Origin: Cuniculiplasma divulgatum
GTDB taxonomy: Archaea > Thermoplasmatota > Thermoplasmata > Thermoplasmatales > Thermoplasmataceae
NCBI RefSeq assembly: GCF_900083515.1
Contig: NZ_LT671858.1
Span: 180,001-212,000, forward strand
Direction of reading: 5' to 3'
DNA: 32,000 nt
The position numbers were made by a program, and so were the translations under genes. Shown here piece after piece: positions 17,137 to 26,217 of this stretch (positions within the stretch are counted from its first letter, which is position 1; each line of letters starts with the position of its first letter). The notes beneath the pieces are model-generated. The model did no database searches and was not told the DNA's origin. It saw nothing but the letters and a program-made list of their open reading frames with translations.

Positions 17137-17796
17137 TTATGGTGCCTGGGCTGCTGAAAATAGAACCTGATCGAGGAATATCTCTTCGGGTTGGGCTCCG
17201 ATTATTGGCTCATCAATATTACTTATGGTTGTGTGTGGAACGCTTGAAACTGCTGCGGCTTCTGCCTCTTCTTCAAATTCGTATGATTCTACCATATCTC
17301 CAGTAATATTTGGGTTCACAAGGGCAAAATTGTGTGCCATTCTAACTGCTGAAGGGCAGTATGGGCAGGTTGGTGTTATAAACACTCTTATGCTGACCGG
17401 TTTTTCAATGGTTTTTAACTTATCAATTGTGCTTTCCCTGAGTTCTATCTTCCCAGTGGAGAATGTTTCTATATCTTCAATTATAGACCTGAATTCATAA
17501 CCTGATGGAATCCCAAAGTATCTCACATTTCCATTCTGGAATCTGTCTGAAAATAGTATGACCACTGGAGCCTTTTCTATTTTATATTTCTTTGATTCCT
17601 CATCTCCAAGTTCATGTATCTCAACCTTAACCTTATCTGTTATTTCTGCTATCTCCCTCATTAGCTGTTCTGTATCGTTGCAGTACTGGCACGACTTATT
17701 ATCATCCTTGAAGACCTTAATTGTAACTTCATCCACCATTGTGGTAGAAAACTGTTCTTTTAATTTTGTTCTATATTCATCATTTATTAATTGCAT
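17137..17796 (-). CDS. Protein disulfide oxidoreductase (archaeal PDO, two thioredoxin folds)
   Basis: Two CxxC active sites are present (CQYC and CPYC) in a ~220-aa glutaredoxin-like protein. The track start at 17865 adds 23 residues. ATG 17796 (MQLINDEY...) has a TATA-like TTTTAATAAC about 25 nt upstream. Confidence 0.8.
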   Translation of the reverse strand: MQLINDEYRTKLKEQFSTTMVDEVTIKVFKDDNKSCQYCNDTEQLMREIAEITDKVKVEIHELGDEESKKYKIEKAPVVILFSDRFQNGNVRYFGIPSGYEFRSIIEDIETFSTGKIELRESTIDKLKTIEKPVSIRVFITPTCPYCPSAVRMAHNFALVNPNITGDMVESYEFEEEAEAAAVSSVPHTTISNIDEPIIGAQPEEIFLDQVLFSAAQAP

Positions 17797-17933
17797 GTTT
17801 AATGCATTGTGATAAGTTATTAAAACATGTTTGTAAAAATTAAAATGTAAACTGGAAATATCCATAGTTGATGTATTTTAAATTTCACTTTAATCCATAT
17901 AACATACCGCATTAGGCTAATAAATACAGACCC

Positions 17934-17959
17934 GTGAAAAATATAATAATATTTTTCAC
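17934..17959. repeat. Perfect 11-bp inverted repeat GTGAAAAATAT-N4-ATATTTTTCAC
   Basis: Checked base by base: positions 1-11 pair with 26-16. It lies in the divergent PDO / MBL-hydrolase intergenic region. Confidence 0.8.
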
Positions 17960-18046
17960 AACAGTCACATCTATCTGAATGAATTATTCATTAATTCCAG
18001 TAGTATAAAACATAACAATTTTAATCAAGATACTAATTTCCAAATA

Positions 18047-18694
18047 TTGAAACTTTTAAAGATCAGGAAGATCACAGTTGGTCCACTGATGACGGACTGC
18101 TATATACTGTCAAATTCAGATGAATGTGTTATAGTTGATGCAGGAGGAAATCCTGAAAAGATAATAGAAGAAATTGAAAAGTTCAATCTGAAGCCAAAAT
18201 TTATCATTGCCACACATGGTCACTTCGACCATTTTCTGGCAGCAAGAGAAATACAGAGGAAGTATGATATTCCATTTTATATCAACGAAAAGGATAAAGA
18301 AATGCTTCAATCAAAAGATTATTCGGCGGAGCATTTCATAAAGGGTTTAAAGGCAGAAATTCCCGACAGCATTATAACATTCAGTGATGGATTCGTATTC
18401 AAGGTTGGGAGTCACCAGTTGAAAATTATGGAAACTCCTGGGCACACACCTGGAAGTTCCTGTATAGTTGGAGACGGCTTCATACTCACCGGAGACACGT
18501 TATTCAGAATGTCCATAGGAAGAATGGATTTTGGAGGTAATGAAGAAGACATGATCAGAAGTCTGAAAAAACTTTCCCAGATGAAGGAGTCTACAAGAAT
18601 ATATCCGGGCCATGGTGATCCGAGTGATATACGTTATGAGCTGCTAAACAATTTTTATTTCCAGAATGTTGCAAACAAAAACAGTTTATATTGA
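18047..18694 (+). CDS. Metallo-beta-lactamase fold hydrolase (glyoxalase II-like)
   Basis: Motifs present are HxHxDH (THGHFDHF), TPGHTPGS and the downstream GDTLF and HG. The start is TTG, and TATAAAA lies at 18005-18011. Confidence 0.85.
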   Translation: MKLLKIRKITVGPLMTDCYILSNSDECVIVDAGGNPEKIIEEIEKFNLKPKFIIATHGHFDHFLAAREIQRKYDIPFYINEKDKEMLQSKDYSAEHFIKGLKAEIPDSIITFSDGFVFKVGSHQLKIMETPGHTPGSSCIVGDGFILTGDTLFRMSIGRMDFGGNEEDMIRSLKKLSQMKESTRIYPGHGDPSDIRYELLNNFYFQNVANKNSLY

Positions 18695-18803
18695 ATTCAC
18701 GACGTGAGTATACAGACTGCAACTGTATTAAGATCAAACCACTGCAGTCCAGTTGTAAGTCATATTAAGAATAGTTAAATTAAAAATTTTGATAATTGTT
18801 GGT

Positions 18804-19961
18804 TCACTGTCTCTTATCAATTGGTACGTATTCAACATCCAGCTTGCCCACATAGTTATCCAGTGGTCTAAACAGTCTGTTATTCTCCCAGTATTCAAAT
18901 AGGTGAGCTGTCCATCCAGCCATTCTAGATGCTGCGAATATTGGGGTAAACAGATCGGATGGAATGTCCATTGCTGTGTAAAGTGGACCAGAGAAAAAGT
19001 CTATATTTGGCCAAATCCCTTTTGTCTTACTGAGCTTTTCTTCCATCAGCTTTTCGGCTCTTATGGCAATTTCAAGCAATTTCTCTATCTGTGGATCAGT
19101 GGTAGTTTTCATGAAGGACTGAAGATATTTGTATACAACCTTTGCCCTTGGATCATAGGCCTTGTAAACCCTGTGTCCAAATCCCATAATTCTCTGTTTT
19201 CCAGCCAGTGCATCTTCAATATATTTTTCAGTATTATCAGGTTCTCCTATGGCCTTCATCATGTTCAGTGCTGCTTCATCTGCACCACCATGGAGAGGAC
19301 CCCTGAGCGTTGCTATTCCTGCTACAACTGCTGAGTATGTATCAGCCAGTGTTGATCCTGTAACAAGAGTTGAAAATGTAGAAGCGTTACTGCCATGTTC
19401 TGCGTGAAGTATGAACATCAGATCAATTAGCTTTGCAGATTCCTTGTCCGGTCTCTTGCCTGTTAACCTATATAAAAAGTTTGATGAATGGGAGAGTGAC
19501 CTGTCCGGTTCAACGAAGCCTTTTCCTCTCATGGTTCTTCCTATCATTGCAATAATGGTGGGCAGTTTAGCAATAAGTTTTACTGCCCGTTCAAGATTGG
19601 CTTCCTTGCTCCTGTCACTCATATCATCATCGTATGTAGATAGGGCTGAAACACATGTTCTAAGAACGTCATTGGGATGAGCTTTACCAGAATACATCTT
19701 TATGATCTCCTTAATTTCGCTGGAGACCTCTCTCTCATCCTTTAATCTTGCATCAAAGACATCCATTTCGTGTCTGTTTGGCAGATGTCCATAGAGGAGT
19801 AGGAAAGCAACTTCCTCATAATTTGATTTATCTGCTAGAACCTCAATAGGATATCCCCTATACCATAATTTTCCATTAGTTCCATCGATCTTACAGAGTG
19901 TTGTATCAGCAATAAAAATACCTTCTAGTCCTTTACTGATTGTAACTTTTTCGTCTGTCAT
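18804..19961 (-). CDS. gltA: Citrate synthase
   Basis: Catalytic motifs are GPLHGGA and MGFGHRVYKAYDPRA. The N-terminus MTDEKVTISKGLEG aligns with the Thermoplasma-type citrate synthase N-terminus. The track TTG at 19976 adds 5 residues and remains possible. Confidence 0.92.
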   Translation of the reverse strand: MTDEKVTISKGLEGIFIADTTLCKIDGTNGKLWYRGYPIEVLADKSNYEEVAFLLLYGHLPNRHEMDVFDARLKDEREVSSEIKEIIKMYSGKAHPNDVLRTCVSALSTYDDDMSDRSKEANLERAVKLIAKLPTIIAMIGRTMRGKGFVEPDRSLSHSSNFLYRLTGKRPDKESAKLIDLMFILHAEHGSNASTFSTLVTGSTLADTYSAVVAGIATLRGPLHGGADEAALNMMKAIGEPDNTEKYIEDALAGKQRIMGFGHRVYKAYDPRAKVVYKYLQSFMKTTTDPQIEKLLEIAIRAEKLMEEKLSKTKGIWPNIDFFSGPLYTAMDIPSDLFTPIFAASRMAGWTAHLFEYWENNRLFRPLDNYVGKLDVEYVPIDKRQ

Positions 19962-20063
19962 ATCCCTATATATCAAAAATATACTTATTTGTTTGTTAAG
20001 GTTTAATACTCAGTATAAGCCACATAATAAAAAATTAATTCTGGTTGAATTTCTATTGGGTTT

Positions 20064-20642
20064 TCATTTCCACAGGTTCAAAAGTTCATCCTTTGAAATG
20101 ACATTGAACATAAGTTCCATATTTTTCAGTGATCTCTCATGGGCCTCTCTGTTCCCTGAAGAAACTGCGTCCTTTATCACAACATTATAAAAGCCTCTGT
20201 TGGAGCCATCTCTCACACTGGATTCCACACCAATTTCGGTGGCAATTCCTGTATAAATAAGGGTCTCTATTCCTGCATTTCTCATCATCATCTCAAAATT
20301 TGTTCCTATAAATATGCTTGCGGTGTTCTTGTTTAATACAATATCTGAGTCTTCAGGCTTAATAGTAAGTTCAAACATACTTTTATCCATTTCCTTTGGA
20401 AATCCACCTCTTGCAAGTCTCGGGGCAGATTCAAATTTTTCCGGCAGAGGTGTTATCTTCGTAAAAATTACAGGTATTTCAAGTTCATGTGCCCTTTTTA
20501 TTAGTTCAGTGTTATTTTTAATGAATTCCTCTTTGTTGAATATTCTACCCACAAGCATATTCTGAACATCCCATATTATCAGGGCTGAATGCTCTGGTTT
20601 TACTACCCCTCTTATATCTTTGTATATTTCTCCTTTAACCAT
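20064..20642 (-). CDS. Isochorismatase-family hydrolase (Cys-less variant)
   Basis: 192 aa with family pattern ALIIWDVQN (Asp25), VLNKNTASIFIGTNF (Lys105) and LIYTGIATEIGVESSVRDG. In the last motif the usual nucleophile Cys position is Gly138 (codon GGT, plus-strand 20229-20231). Confidence 0.8.
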   Translation of the reverse strand: MVKGEIYKDIRGVVKPEHSALIIWDVQNMLVGRIFNKEEFIKNNTELIKRAHELEIPVIFTKITPLPEKFESAPRLARGGFPKEMDKSMFELTIKPEDSDIVLNKNTASIFIGTNFEMMMRNAGIETLIYTGIATEIGVESSVRDGSNRGFYNVVIKDAVSSGNREAHERSLKNMELMFNVISKDELLNLWK

Positions 20643-20792
20643 ATTTTTGTATGTTTAGAACATATTTACTTTTTTCCTGTTTTCTTATGTACTGAACTAA
20701 TTATGGTTGCAAACATACACAGAACTTAGTGAAATAAGTTTTGAAATGCACAATTCAGTAAAGATTAATTGCACCAGTATACTACAGTGCCT

Positions 20793-22898
20793 ATGGGTAT
20801 TGTTTCAGAAGGGAAGCCTTATCCCCTCGGATCAACTCTTACGAACGATGGAGTAAATTTTGCAATATATTCTGAAGACGCCGAATCAATTGAACTTGCA
20901 CTTTTTAAACCCTCTGATTTGAAGTGTCCAAATGAAACCATTTCGATGAAAGAAGTGGATGCACACGTCTGGCACTGTGAGGTTTCTGGTATAAAAGAGG
21001 GACAATTGTATGGCTACTATGTGGGTGGTCCATTCGATCCATCTCAAGGTCTAAGATTCAACAAGAACAAACTGCTTATAGATCCATACGCAAAGTCACT
21101 TAATTCCAAAATAAACTGGGATGACAGCATATTTCCCTATGATATAATGTACGGTTCATCTGTTAACAATGAGGATGATACTGAATTCATGCCAAAGTCA
21201 ATGGTTGTCAATGATCTTTACGACTGGCAGGATGTAAGAAAGCCTGAAAGGAGATGGAATGATACCATAATCTATGAAACGCATGTAAAAAGCATTACAC
21301 AGATGAAAGAAGATCTTGATAAGAATATCAGGGGTACCTATTCAGCGCTTGGCTCCTCAAAGGTGATCAACTATCTTAAGGACCTGGGAATAACTGCAGT
21401 TGAACTCATGCCGGTGCAACAGCACGTAGACGATAAGGTACTGGTAGATAGGGGACTGACAAATTACTGGGGCTATAATACCATAGCATATTTTGCCCCT
21501 GATCTGAGGTATTCAACAAGCCATGATAATCAGATAAAGGAATTCAAGGATATGGTTTTTAATCTTCACTCCAATGGCATTGAGGTAATACTCGATGTGG
21601 TTTATAATCATACGGCCGAGGGAAACCATATGGGTCCACTGCTTTCATTTAGAGGTATAGATAATAGAACATACTATTTTCTAGACCCATCTGATCCATC
21701 CAAATATGTTGATTTTACCGGAACCGGAAACAGTCTAAACGTAAGCAATCCTCAGGTTTTACAGATGATCATGGATAGCCTGAGATACTGGGCAATAGAG
21801 ATGCAAATAGATGGATTCAGGTTTGATCTGGCTTCAACACTTGCAAGAAACCTTTACAGCATAAACATGCTTTCCCCATTCATGAACGTGATCCATCAGG
21901 ATCCAGTACTTTCAAGACTTAAATTAATTGCTGAACCGTGGGATATAGGACCAGGTGGATATCAGGTAGGGAATTTTCCTCCAAAATGGAGTGAATGGAA
22001 TGGTAAATACAGGGACTCCCTAAGGAAATACTGGAGAGGAGACGATGGAATGATTGGGGAATTTGCCACAAGAATATCAGGCTCACCCGACCTTTATGAT
22101 GACGGTGGCAAGAGACCGCATTCCAGCATAAATTTTGTAACATGTCATGATGGATTTACCCTCATGGATCTGGTTTCATATAACACAAAGCATAACGAAG
22201 CAAATACTGAGGGATTTGAAGGTGGGATAGATGAAAATTACAGCTTTAATTATGGCGTAGAGGGGAGAACAGACGATAAGAAGATTATGGGACTGAGATA
22301 CAGGAGCATCAAGAATTTCTTTCTCTCACTTTTTGTTTCACAGGGAACTCCCATGATACTTGGTGGAGATGAAATAGGACGAACACAGCAGGGAAATAAC
22401 AATGCATACTGTCAGGATAATGAAATCAGCTGGTATGACTGGAATATGGATGAAGATAAGCAGAATCTTTACAAATTCGTTAAGAAAGCCATAGCTTTAA
22501 GGCGATCAAACCCCGTTCTTGCCAGAAAGAATTTTTTCAGAGGGGATCTTGTAGCTGGGACAGAAATGAAGGATGTTGTCTGGCTTGACAAAAACCTTGA
22601 GGAACTTAAAATTGAAGATTGGAAGAATCCATCACTTAAGCATCTTATGGTATGGATAAATGGGGAATACACGAGTGAGGTAGAATATTCTTACAGGAAG
22701 ATTACAGGTGGTGATCTTTTACTGCTGTTCAATTCATCGGATAGCGATATCATGTTCAAGCTTCCAAATGATACTAAAAAATGGGAACTCTATCTGGATA
22801 CAAACATCTTGAACATGGACACACTTCCAATAAGGCTTGATTCACCGCAATACCTTCTGAAGGCAAGGGGTTCAGCCATTTTGAGAGAGATAGTTTAG
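20793..22898 (+). CDS. glgX: Glycogen debranching enzyme (GlgX/TreX-type isoamylase, GH13)
   Basis: N-terminus G.PYPLGS...DGVNFAIYS. GH13 regions are DVVYNHT, GFRFDLAS, AEPWD and FVTCHDG. ATG 20793 lies about 27 nt downstream of a TATA-like TAAAGATTAATT. The track TTG at 20769 abuts that box. Confidence 0.9.
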   Translation: MGIVSEGKPYPLGSTLTNDGVNFAIYSEDAESIELALFKPSDLKCPNETISMKEVDAHVWHCEVSGIKEGQLYGYYVGGPFDPSQGLRFNKNKLLIDPYAKSLNSKINWDDSIFPYDIMYGSSVNNEDDTEFMPKSMVVNDLYDWQDVRKPERRWNDTIIYETHVKSITQMKEDLDKNIRGTYSALGSSKVINYLKDLGITAVELMPVQQHVDDKVLVDRGLTNYWGYNTIAYFAPDLRYSTSHDNQIKEFKDMVFNLHSNGIEVILDVVYNHTAEGNHMGPLLSFRGIDNRTYYFLDPSDPSKYVDFTGTGNSLNVSNPQVLQMIMDSLRYWAIEMQIDGFRFDLASTLARNLYSINMLSPFMNVIHQDPVLSRLKLIAEPWDIGPGGYQVGNFPPKWSEWNGKYRDSLRKYWRGDDGMIGEFATRISGSPDLYDDGGKRPHSSINFVTCHDGFTLMDLVSYNTKHNEANTEGFEGGIDENYSFNYGVEGRTDDKKIMGLRYRSIKNFFLSLFVSQGTPMILGGDEIGRTQQGNNNAYCQDNEISWYDWNMDEDKQNLYKFVKKAIALRRSNPVLARKNFFRGDLVAGTEMKDVVWLDKNLEELKIEDWKNPSLKHLMVWINGEYTSEVEYSYRKITGGDLLLLFNSSDSDIMFKLPNDTKKWELYLDTNILNMDTLPIRLDSPQYLLKARGSAILREIV

Positions 22899-22908
22899 TA
22901 AAACAGTA

Positions 22909-23304
22909 TTAACCTGTGTTTCTTATTCTCAACCTGTTTAGAAACGAAAAAAGCCACTGAATTTTTCCATTGTGCCTCTTCCTCGAAACAATTTTATAGG
23001 CCACATCACCGATTCCAGATATCTTTAACAGGAACAAGGCAGGCAAAAGAGGAAACAGAATCGTCACTTTCCCTGTAAGGTTGAAAATTGCATCAAATCC
23101 TATGTCAGTATTTCTATTCTCATCTTTTAGAATTAATTCATTTGAATTTTGGAAAGGTGTGCCAGTCATAGGAATTGTTTCAATGCCACTTCCCCTGATC
23201 AGATCGGTTGAAAATCTACATAGCTCGCATCGATCATCATAAAAAATTTTTGTAACATGTATTTCTGGATGCAGCGAGTTTTTCTGTTTATTTTCAGATT
23301 TCAT
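22909..23304 (-). CDS. DCC-family thiol-disulfide oxidoreductase (DUF393)
   Basis: 131 aa with the N-terminal motif IFYDDRCELCRFS (the D-x-C-x-x-C hallmark of the DCC family). Confidence 0.7.
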   Translation of the reverse strand: MKSENKQKNSLHPEIHVTKIFYDDRCELCRFSTDLIRGSGIETIPMTGTPFQNSNELILKDENRNTDIGFDAIFNLTGKVTILFPLLPALFLLKISGIGDVAYKIVSRKRHNGKIQWLFSFLNRLRIRNTG

Positions 23305-23310
23305 TAATAT

Positions 23311-23481
23311 CTATTTCATTTCTCTGGGCTTCGGAATAGTATAATCTCCCCTGTCTCCACTATAATAGTTGAAGTTTGCTCCGCATTTGGGACAGGTATA
23401 CCTTGTTACCATGTATGAATTGAAAGTCCATTGTTTATTCTCCTTTATTCCATCAGTATTACCACATACCGGGCATTTCAT
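23311..23481 (-). CDS. Small zinc-ribbon protein (56 aa, two CPxCG motifs)
   Basis: Hand-translated from ATG 23481 to TAG 23311-23313: MKCPVCGNTDGIKENKQWTFNSYMVTRYTCPKCGANFNYYSGDRGDYTIPKPREMK. It is below the 60-aa track cutoff. The stop is 6 nt from the ATG of the DCC gene. Confidence 0.55.
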   Translation of the reverse strand: MKCPVCGNTDGIKENKQWTFNSYMVTRYTCPKCGANFNYYSGDRGDYTIPKPREMK

Positions 23482-23661
23482 GAAATAACATGGTATTCTT
23501 CCTTAAAATTTTTGCCAGAATCTTGATAGTACTATTTTTCAAAAATCCAAAATTTTCTAATAATGGTAGCTTTTAGTGCAATCTTATTCAGGAATTTCAC
23601 TTCAGCTAGTTGTCGGTAAAATTTAAAATTGCAGTCTTCCATTACCTATCTGGTAAGTCTA

Positions 23662-24087
23662 TTGGAAAAGTGTGTATTTTGCAGTAATGTTGTAACGGGA
23701 AAAGATGCTCACATATTTTACAGAACCAGTACTGTTATAGGATTCATGGACAAATATCCTGTAGAAGAAGGACATGTGCTTATAATTCCCAGTAAACATT
23801 ATGAAAACATCTTTGACATAGATAGTGAAGTGTACCTGGAGATTCAACAGGCCGCAAAAAAAATTGCGTCAGTTCTTAGAGATGTATTCGAAGCAGATGG
23901 AATTAACATAGGCCAGAACAATGGAGAGTGCGCAAGACAGATGGTAATGCACTATCACCTTCACATAATTCCAAGGCACTGTGGAAGGGAAATTGGCTGG
24001 AACAGGTTGCAACAGTCAGAGGAAGAGTTAGAAAATGATTGTAGAAGAATAGAAAAGAGATTAAATGAGATTAATAATATAGATTAA
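23662..24087 (+). CDS. HIT-family (histidine triad) nucleotide hydrolase/transferase
   Basis: The histidine triad is HYHLHIIP, and the N-terminus EKCVFC...[19 protein letters not shown] is typical of Hint-like proteins. The track start TTG 23629 directly abuts the TATA-like AAAATTTAAAA (23618-23628), so in-frame TTG 23662 is more plausible. Confidence 0.85.
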   Translation: MEKCVFCSNVVTGKDAHIFYRTSTVIGFMDKYPVEEGHVLIIPSKHYENIFDIDSEVYLEIQQAAKKIASVLRDVFEADGINIGQNNGECARQMVMHYHLHIIPRHCGREIGWNRLQQSEEELENDCRRIEKRLNEINNID

Positions 24088-24098
24088 CATAATAGGAT

Positions 24099-24104
24099 GG
24101 GAGG
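24099..24104 (+). promoter_or_regulatory. Shine-Dalgarno site for gfcR-like gene (operon-internal)
   Basis: GGGAGG lies 8 nt upstream of ATG 24113 and is complementary to the archaeal 16S 3' end CCUCC. Confidence 0.5.
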
Positions 24105-24112
24105 AAATTAAA

Positions 24113-24709
24113 ATGTACAGTTTGGATGAATTATACAATAAGGCATTACAGTTAAAGAATAAGGGAATGTCAGATAAGGAAATTTCCACAGAATTACATC
24201 TCTCGGTTAATACTGTCACATGGCTTCTGGCCAGAGACTTTACGAAGCAGAAGAACGTTCAGGACGTGAAGATAGGCTGGAGAAGTGTTGGCGTCTATGG
24301 GAACAGGATAGCAAATCTATCACAGATAATGCTGGATATAATTGAGGAGGAATCTGCAGATGGAGATTATGAGACCGACTCTATACTAGGAATCACGGTT
24401 AACGGGATACCCTACGCAACCATGATTTCCTATTTCCTTGACAAGGAACTGATTATATACAAGCCCCACCCCTCAAGAAAGGATGGCTATTTCAGCAGTA
24501 ACTTCGCATCAGTCAAGGGTAAGAAAATAATTGTAATAGACGATGTATGCAGTACCGGCGAAACCCTGAGAAGAACAATCAAGGATATAAGGGAAGAAGG
24601 TGGAGAAGTAAAACTTGCCATAGTGATAGCATCTAAAATGCAGGAAGATGAAATCGATGGGGTAAGGCTGAGGTCTTTATTCAGGGCATCTTTAATCGGA
24701 AAAGAATGA
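24113..24709 (+). CDS. gfcR: PyrE-like HTH + phosphoribosyltransferase-domain regulator (GfcR family)
   Basis: The N-terminal HTH is [28 protein letters not shown]. The C-terminal type I PRTase fold has the PRPP loop [21 protein letters not shown] lies at 24099-24104, 8 nt upstream of the ATG. Confidence 0.75.
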   Translation: MYSLDELYNKALQLKNKGMSDKEISTELHLSVNTVTWLLARDFTKQKNVQDVKIGWRSVGVYGNRIANLSQIMLDIIEEESADGDYETDSILGITVNGIPYATMISYFLDKELIIYKPHPSRKDGYFSSNFASVKGKKIIVIDDVCSTGETLRRTIKDIREEGGEVKLAIVIASKMQEDEIDGVRLRSLFRASLIGKE

Positions 24710-24714
24710 TTTAA

Positions 24715-26217
24715 ATGTACTGGGGTCAATCATTAATTCATGAACTAAAAGGAAAGCAGAAGGTTTCTACCGGAATATCTCCATCGGGTCCAATTCATCT
24801 GGGAAATCTTAGAGAAATTCTAACAGGGGATATAATATACAAGAGTCTTCTGATGGATGGTAAGGAATCTGAATTCATATATCTGGCAGATGACATAGAT
24901 CCATTGCGAAAGGTATATCCGTTTCTTCCCGAATCATATAAAGAGCATGTGGGCAAACCACTCAGGGATATACCGGCTCCCAGTGGAGATGGTACCTATT
25001 CAGAATTCTATCTTAACCCCTTTCTGAAAGCCCTGAAGTCGCTGGATGTTAAGCCTCAGGTAATAAAAACCGGAGAACTTTACAGAGACGGCAAGTTTGG
25101 AGAAATCATAGAGAAGGTCATAGAAAAGAAGGATGAAATAAGGAAAATACTGGAGACCATATCTGGAAGGGAACTGGAACCAGAATGGTTTCCATACAAT
25201 CCAAAGTGTTCAGTTTGTGGAAGGATTAACTCAACCACTGTTACAGGTTATAGTGACACCAAAGTTTCGTATTCCTGCAAATGCGGAAGCAATGGTGAAA
25301 GTGATATATATCACGATGATGGCAAACTTCCATGGAGGATCGAATGGCCTGCAAAGTGGAAAATATTAAAGGTTACAATAGAACCATTCGGGAAAGATCA
25401 CGGAACAGTAGGGGGATCATATGACACTGGAAAGGAAATTGTGGAAAAGATTTTTGAATATCCGGCACCATTGCCACTTATTTATGAAAGGATATTACTT
25501 AAGGGAAAGGGAGCAATGCATTCTTCCACAGGGGTAAACATACCAGCCCAGGAAATACTCAGTTTTGCACCTCCTGAGATTGTTAGGTATATCATGGCGA
25601 GGGTCCCGGCAACTAGGCATATAGAATTTGATCCGGCACTTGGCTTCCTCTCAACAATGGATGAATTCGAGCGTCTGATGAAAATGGAGCAGGAGAAAAA
25701 CACAACTGAAGAACAGCACTGGATAGCAACTCTATCAAAGGCAGGTAGACCTTATGAAACAGTTCCTGATTACAGGCATCTGACCACACTGGTGCAAATA
25801 TACAGCTCAGAGGAGAGAATAGGGGAAATACTCAGATCTGAGGGAAAGGATCAGGATCCAGATATACTTAAAGAAACAATTGACATGGCAAGAATCTGGG
25901 TACATAACTATGCTCCCGAAGCTTCTAAATTTTCCCTAAAGAATACAGATGATCCAGTAAGTATTAATGAGGATGAGAGAAAAATGTTATGTGATTTCAA
26001 CAGTAAACTAGGCACACTGGATTCATGGGAGCCGGAAAAAATCCATGAATGTGCAAGGGAATCAATTGGTAATTCAGGTATGCAGCCGGCGGATGGATTC
26101 AAGGTGATTTACAGGGTACTTATAGGTAATGAAAGAGGACCGAGACTTGGATTCTTTCTGTCAGTAATTCCAAGAGAAAGGGTGCTGGCAAGATTTAAAA
26201 CAATTTGTGGTGATTGA
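24715..26217 (+). CDS. lysK: Lysyl-tRNA synthetase, class I
   Basis: 500 aa. The HIGH-type motif is SPSGPIHLGNLRE, the zinc motif is CSVCG...CKCG, and the KMSKS-equivalent is GAMHSSTG. This is the architecture of archaeal class I LysRS. The gene starts 5 nt after the gfcR-like stop. Confidence 0.9.
   Translation: MYWGQSLIHELKGKQKVSTGISPSGPIHLGNLREILTGDIIYKSLLMDGKESEFIYLADDIDPLRKVYPFLPESYKEHVGKPLRDIPAPSGDGTYSEFYLNPFLKALKSLDVKPQVIKTGELYRDGKFGEIIEKVIEKKDEIRKILETISGRELEPEWFPYNPKCSVCGRINSTTVTGYSDTKVSYSCKCGSNGESDIYHDDGKLPWRIEWPAKWKILKVTIEPFGKDHGTVGGSYDTGKEIVEKIFEYPAPLPLIYERILLKGKGAMHSSTGVNIPAQEILSFAPPEIVRYIMARVPATRHIEFDPALGFLSTMDEFERLMKMEQEKNTTEEQHWIATLSKAGRPYETVPDYRHLTTLVQIYSSEERIGEILRSEGKDQDPDILKETIDMARIWVHNYAPEASKFSLKNTDDPVSINEDERKMLCDFNSKLGTLDSWEPEKIHECARESIGNSGMQPADGFKVIYRVLIGNERGPRLGFFLSVIPRERVLARFKTICGD

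Noticed and set aside
18715-18755. Mutually exclusive 6-7 bp stems (GACTGCA/TGCAGTC and CAACTG/CAGTTG) between the convergent MBL-hydrolase and citrate synthase genes; considered as a possible ncRNA or riboswitch-like element
   Set aside because: The stems are short and non-nested, there are no flanking conserved boxes, and the 109-nt region lies between two stop codons. This is more simply 3' UTR or termination context, and it does not fold as a tRNA.
20793-22898. Possibility that the GlgX/TreX gene marks a trehalose (treXYZ) or glycogen operon
   Set aside because: The neighbours are an isochorismatase-family gene (divergent) and the DCC gene (convergent). No treY/treZ/glgA/glgP is present in the window, so there is no operon evidence here.
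23490-23576. 28-codon hydrophobic ORF (MVFFLKIFARILIVLFFKNPKFSNNGSF) in the divergent region between the zinc-ribbon/DCC pair and the HIT gene
   Set aside because: It has no motif, lies in AT-rich promoter DNA where such ORFs arise by chance, and has no SD or suitably placed TATA box.
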